Source: an uncultured Bacteroidales bacterium
GTDB taxonomy: Bacteria; Bacteroidota; Bacteroidia; Bacteroidales; F082
Direction: 5' to 3'
NCBI GenBank assembly: GCA_946405575.1
Contig: CAMJHP010000005.1
Span: 20,908-84,907, forward strand
DNA: 64,000 nucleotides
Every line of letters starts with the position of its first letter. The stretch's first letter is position 1. The notes under the pieces were generated by a model, which saw nothing but the letters and a program-made list of their open reading frames with translations, did not search any database and was not told the origin of the DNA. Made by a program: the position numbers and the translations under genes. This document shows, piece after piece, positions 60,292-64,000 of the stretch.

Positions 60292-61659
60292 TTAAAGATT
60301 TCTCTCTTTCCATTGCTGGCTGAACGACTTGGAAGCAAACTCTGGCATAGTCCTATTGTCTCCCCAAAGTAAGCTAAAGAGACGTTTTAACTCCAATTTT
60401 TTTAAAAACAAAGGACTATCCATCTTTTTACGCGACTTGCAGTGCCAAATCATAGCTTTCAGTAAAGCATCATACCTCGAATTGCTTGTCTTTTTAGTCA
60501 TAGCCAAATGACGATTTTCAATAATCAAGTCGTCCAACGGAATCTTTACAGGACAAATCTCAACACATTTTCCACATAAGGAACAAGCTGAATTGAGATA
60601 ATTGTAATCCTCCAAACCTTCCATCAAAGGTGTCATTACAGTACCAACTGGACCTATATGTTTTGTAGCATAAGAATACCCTCCAATGTTTTTATAGACC
60701 GGACAAACACTTACGCAAGCTCCACAATGAATACATGACATTACTTTGCGTTGCTTCTCGTGTGCAAGTAATTCTGAACGGTTGTTGTCCAAAAGGATAA
60801 CATACATTTGTTCGGGACCATTATTCTTCATAGCTGGACCAAAAGTGATACTATTACAAGCTGCCATACTTTGTCCGGAAGAATGAAGAGACAATAACGG
60901 CAACAACACACTTAAATCATCAATGCTTGGAATCACTTTGGCAATACCAGCTACAACAATATGAACTTTTGCTGTTGAAGTGGATTTTAATATATTACCT
61001 TCATTTTCAGTAAGCACTACACCACCTGTATCGGAAAGAAGAAAGTTGGCACCAGTAATACAAACAGGCACATCTTTTGATTCAATACCCACTTCATACC
61101 GAACAAAATTGACCATTTGCTTTGCAGAACTGTCTGGTTTCAATTTGAAAGCCGAAGTCAGAATGGCATTGTTTTCCTCTTTCGAAAGATGTATGGAAGA
61201 AGCAAGAGGATGATAAGCTTTTTGTCGCCCTTTATGAAGTACAAAACGAGCCACCTCTGTTTCCACAATACGGATATTTTTACGTTCCAAGAAACCATTC
61301 AACTCAATCTCATCGAGAACAGTGGAATTGGAACGCATAATGGCATTGGCTTTTTCCTTTCTAATCAAATCGAAAATCATAGTCAGGGCATCATCGGCAT
61401 TGCGTGCCCAAAGTACTTTGCCTCCGTTTTCGGTAAAATGGGTTTCAAAGTCGACCAACAACTTCTCTAAACCAAGTAGTGATTTATTGCGTAAGGTGTA
61501 AGCTCTTTGTTTCTCTAAATCAAGATTGCGATAATTCTCCTTTCCCTTGGCAAAGTTGTTTTCAAAACAACCTGTGCTATAGTTTATTTTCTGCCAATGC
61601 TCGTCATCAAAAGCCTTTTTGCAGCCTTCGATAAATGTAGTCTTAGGTTCATTCATCAT
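60292..61659 (-). CDS. LutB/LldF-type iron-sulfur, LUD-domain lactate-utilization protein
   Basis: Two 4Fe-4S motifs (CIHCGACVSVCP, CSLCGKCVEICP) plus a LUD-like region. The start is at the MM pair (61659 or 61656), overlapping the rpiB stop. The track start at 61716 is less likely. Confidence 0.8.
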   Translation of the reverse strand: MMNEPKTTFIEGCKKAFDDEHWQKINYSTGCFENNFAKGKENYRNLDLEKQRAYTLRNKSLLGLEKLLVDFETHFTENGGKVLWARNADDALTMIFDLIRKEKANAIMRSNSTVLDEIELNGFLERKNIRIVETEVARFVLHKGRQKAYHPLASSIHLSKEENNAILTSAFKLKPDSSAKQMVNFVRYEVGIESKDVPVCITGANFLLSDTGGVVLTENEGNILKSTSTAKVHIVVAGIAKVIPSIDDLSVLLPLLSLHSSGQSMAACNSITFGPAMKNNGPEQMYVILLDNNRSELLAHEKQRKVMSCIHCGACVSVCPVYKNIGGYSYATKHIGPVGTVMTPLMEGLEDYNYLNSACSLCGKCVEICPVKIPLDDLIIENRHLAMTKKTSNSRYDALLKAMIWHCKSRKKMDSPLFLKKLELKRLFSLLWGDNRTMPEFASKSFSQQWKERNL

Positions 61660-62104
61660 TACGTTTTTCAATGGGTTCAATCTTTTCAATTCTTCTCTTG
61701 TGACGACCTCCTTCAAAGTCGGTGTGCAGAAAAGCCTGCACCATTTCCCATGCTAGCTCATTTGAGATAAATCGACCCGGCAAGGCAAGAACGTTGGCAT
61801 TGTTGTGTTGACGAGCCAATTTTGACAATTCTACATTCCAACACAAAGCTGCTCTAACATTGTGATGATGGTTGGCTGTCATTTGGGCACCATTTCCGCT
61901 ACCGCAGAGTATGATACCAAGAGGATATTGCCCTGCCTCAATAGCTGAAGCCAAAGGATGAATCATATCGGGGTAATCGACGCTTTCAGGACTGAAGGTG
62001 CCATAATCGTGAACCTTATAACCAGCTTTTGTCAATTTTTCAACCAAATATTGTTTCATTTCAAAGCCTCCGTGATCGCTTGCTATGGGTATGATTTGTT
62101 CCAT
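61649..62104 (-). CDS. rpiB: ribose-5-phosphate isomerase B
   Basis: SDHGGFEMK and CGSGNGAQMTANHHHNVRAALCW motifs. Confidence 0.9.
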   Translation of the reverse strand: MEQIIPIASDHGGFEMKQYLVEKLTKAGYKVHDYGTFSPESVDYPDMIHPLASAIEAGQYPLGIILCGSGNGAQMTANHHHNVRAALCWNVELSKLARQHNNANVLALPGRFISNELAWEMVQAFLHTDFEGGRHKRRIEKIEPIEKRNDE

Positions 62105-62130
62105 TTTTCTGCTGTTGATAATTCAATTCG

Positions 62131-62138
62131 CAAAAGTA
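62131..62138 (-). promoter_or_regulatory. -7 box TACTTTTG for rpiB
   Basis: Complement of CAAAAGTA, about 27 nt upstream of the ATG. Confidence 0.5.
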
Positions 62139-62243
62139 CATATTTTCGTTGTTCGCTACTTTCATACAACACTATTTCTGAACACTTTATCCGCTGAAAA
62201 AAAATCAACAATTTTTAAATAATTATTTGATAATCAATAAAAT

Positions 62244-62280
62244 AAAAAGTTATCAACAAACTATTTGTTGATAACTTTTT
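62244..62280. repeat. 17-bp perfect inverted repeat containing two convergent DnaA-box-like 9-mers
   Basis: AAAAAGTTATCAACAAA cta TTTGTTGATAACTTTTT. TTATCAACA and TGTTGATAA are each one mismatch from TTATCCACA and TGTGGATAA. Confidence 0.7.
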
Positions 62281-62667
62281 CATTTAGGTGCATAAATAAC
62301 AAGGTTTGTTTATCCAACAATTTTTCAACCTAAAAACACCAAAAAATGAACATCATTTCAAAAAATTCAAGTTGTTTTTATTCGATTTTTTGATTTTCAT
62401 CGAATAACCGAAAAGGTATTGATAAGACTGAAAAAGAAAATATTGTACATTTTGTCAATATCACTCTCAAATTGAAAATCAATAATGCAAGAAAATTATC
62501 GAAAAGTTTTCAACCAATTCACAAACTTATTAGCAATAACATCAAATATGAAATTAATTCATAAAAGATAAAAATGATAATAATAATAGTATGATTTGAC
62601 TGTTGAAAACTTCGTTCGATTTTTCTGTAAATTGTTTTGAAGATGTCAATATTCCAACCAAAATAAC

Positions 62668-62675
62668 TAATTTTG
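62668..62675 (+). promoter_or_regulatory. -7 box TAATTTTG for the MORN-repeat gene
   Basis: Exact match, 19 nt before the ATG at 62695. Confidence 0.5.
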
Positions 62676-62694
62676 ACCCGAATTTAGTAAGTAA

Positions 62695-64000
62695 ATGAAA
62701 GGTTATAAGACATTCATATTTGTACTGTTTTTCTGTCTGTTATTAGGTTTAAAAGGATTCTCACAAACTGAATATCAGATGTATGCATATCCAAATGGAA
62801 AAATTTCAAGTGAGGGATATCTACGTGATGGACAACCTGATGGACTTTGGAAAACTTATTATGAAAGTGGTCAGTTAAAGTCAGTGGGAAAACGCACAGA
62901 TTTTCTCCTGGACAGCACTTGGATATTCTTCTCTGAATCGGGCGACACCACTTTGATTATCAATTACAAGAATGGATTGAAAAATGGTTCACGCTTTACC
63001 TATGGTAAAGAGGACATTTTTGAGGAACCATTTATAAATGACATCAAACAAGGTGAAGGTCGTCGTTATGATAGAAACCATCATCTTATGCAGACTATGA
63101 CTTTCAAGAATGGTTTTGAAGAAGGTATTTCGCCCGTTTTTGATACCACTGGACTATTGCGCGAAATCATCACTTACCGAAAAGGCTTCATTATGACTCG
63201 TGAAGCATTGAACCGCTATGACCGTGAGGGAAAGAAACACGGCTATTGGAAAACGTTTTATGACGATTGGACATTACATACGGAGTGTTATTATAAGCAT
63301 GGACTGCGTGACGGATTCTACAAAGAGTACGATGAGAAAGGTAACTTGAAAAAAATCACCAAATTTGTCAATGATATTGAACAGGTATTGGAAGGCGACC
63401 AAAAACCGCTCATTGTCCAACATGAGTATTATCCTAATGGTAATATGAAACGCGAAGCTTCGTTCCGCGATGGCAAGCGTGAAGGTGTTTGGCGCGAATT
63501 TGATGAGGATGGTAATGTCATTAATTCCCAAACGTACAAAAAAGGTGCTTTGGTTGGTGAAGGCATTGTGGATACCGATGGCAAACGTCGCGGTGAATAC
63601 AAAGAGTTTTATTATGACAGTACTTTGCGTGCCGAAGGTCTTTTCGTTGGTGGTCTGCGCTCAGGCGAATGGAAGTTTTATTATCACAATGGTAATCTTC
63701 AGGAAATAGGGAACTACAAAGAAGGTGAACCTGATGGTTTCTGGATTTGGTATTATGACAATGGCCAAAAGCAAATAGAAGAGCAGTTCTATAAAGGCCA
63801 ACCTAATGGACCTTACAAAGAATATGATCCAAAAGGCAATATCATTGTTTCTGGAACCTATTTCGATGGAATGAAAAACGGCAAATGGACTGAAGAAATC
63901 GGTGATATGCGTACCCAAGGCGAGTACCGGAACGACAAACAAGTGGGTGAATGGATATCATATTATGACAATGACAAGATGGCTTTCCGTGGCACTTTCA
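62695..64000 (+). CDS. secreted MORN-variant / YwqK-type repeat protein; its C-terminal end runs off the window edge
   Basis: Absent from the ORF track because it has no stop inside the window. My translation is open from the ATG at 62695 to the window end. The signal peptide is MKGYKTFIFVLFFCLLLGLKGFSQ. It is followed by many G.W..YYE.G repeats (DGLWKTYYESGQLK, HGYWKTFYDDW, SGEWKFYYHNGNLQ, DGFWIWYYDNGQKQ). Confidence 0.85.
   Translation, partial: MKGYKTFIFVLFFCLLLGLKGFSQTEYQMYAYPNGKISSEGYLRDGQPDGLWKTYYESGQLKSVGKRTDFLLDSTWIFFSESGDTTLIINYKNGLKNGSRFTYGKEDIFEEPFINDIKQGEGRRYDRNHHLMQTMTFKNGFEEGISPVFDTTGLLREIITYRKGFIMTREALNRYDREGKKHGYWKTFYDDWTLHTECYYKHGLRDGFYKEYDEKGNLKKITKFVNDIEQVLEGDQKPLIVQHEYYPNGNMKREASFRDGKREGVWREFDEDGNVINSQTYKKGALVGEGIVDTDGKRRGEYKEFYYDSTLRAEGLFVGGLRSGEWKFYYHNGNLQEIGNYKEGEPDGFWIWYYDNGQKQIEEQFYKGQPNGPYKEYDPKGNIIVSGTYFDGMKNGKWTEEIGDMRTQGEYRNDKQVGEWISYYDNDKMAFRGTF

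Overview
All calls below were made by eye from the sequence and the ORF track; nothing was computed or searched. This is a 64-kb chromosomal segment that looks like Bacteroidota, probably Bacteroidales and Prevotella-like (inference). The basis is TAnnTTTG -7 promoter boxes in front of many genes, no Shine-Dalgarno sequences, and gene content (TonB-dependent receptor, BlaR1-TonB_C fusion, LRR lipoproteins, DUF4292/EnvC-like block). I count about 56 protein genes and 2 tRNAs (Thr-CGU, Asn-GUU). I found no rRNA, CRISPR array, transposase, integrase or recognisable phage-defence genes. Two edge-truncated genes are missing from the ORF track: an ornithine carbamoyltransferase (1-989, minus strand) and a MORN/YwqK-repeat protein (62695-64000, plus strand). 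Most content is housekeeping: ptb-buk, ROK kinase, ybeY, mnmG, dut, rpiB, a LutB-like protein, an EF-G paralog and a small glycan-synthesis locus. The items most worth a second look are: (1) a 389-aa cytidylyltransferase-fold plus GHMP-kinase fusion next to a FucP-type permease and a RhaM-type mutarotase, a candidate non-canonical sugar salvage/activation module. (2) A 5' UTR module found at two unrelated genes: -7 box, then a ~100-nt hairpin built of strictly 7-nt-phased units, then a tandem RAATYTTT leader, then ATG. (3) A ~128-nt nested-palindrome element present twice (19.7 kb and 57.6 kb). (4) A BlaI / BlaR1-TonB_C locus with a duplicated anchor-plus-TonB_C gene, whose promoter/operator region is about 80% identical to that of the neighbouring eukaryote-like LRR lipoprotein gene. 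(5) A four-gene cluster of uncharacterised secreted proteins ending in an 825-aa LRR protein. (6) A sharp coding-strand switch at ~25.5 kb and a 530-bp AT-rich ORF-free region at 62.1-62.7 kb with DnaA-box-like palindromes. (7) An EF-G paralog whose catalytic His is replaced (DTPGF). I cannot point to one obvious novel system, so the candidates are ranked by interest score.
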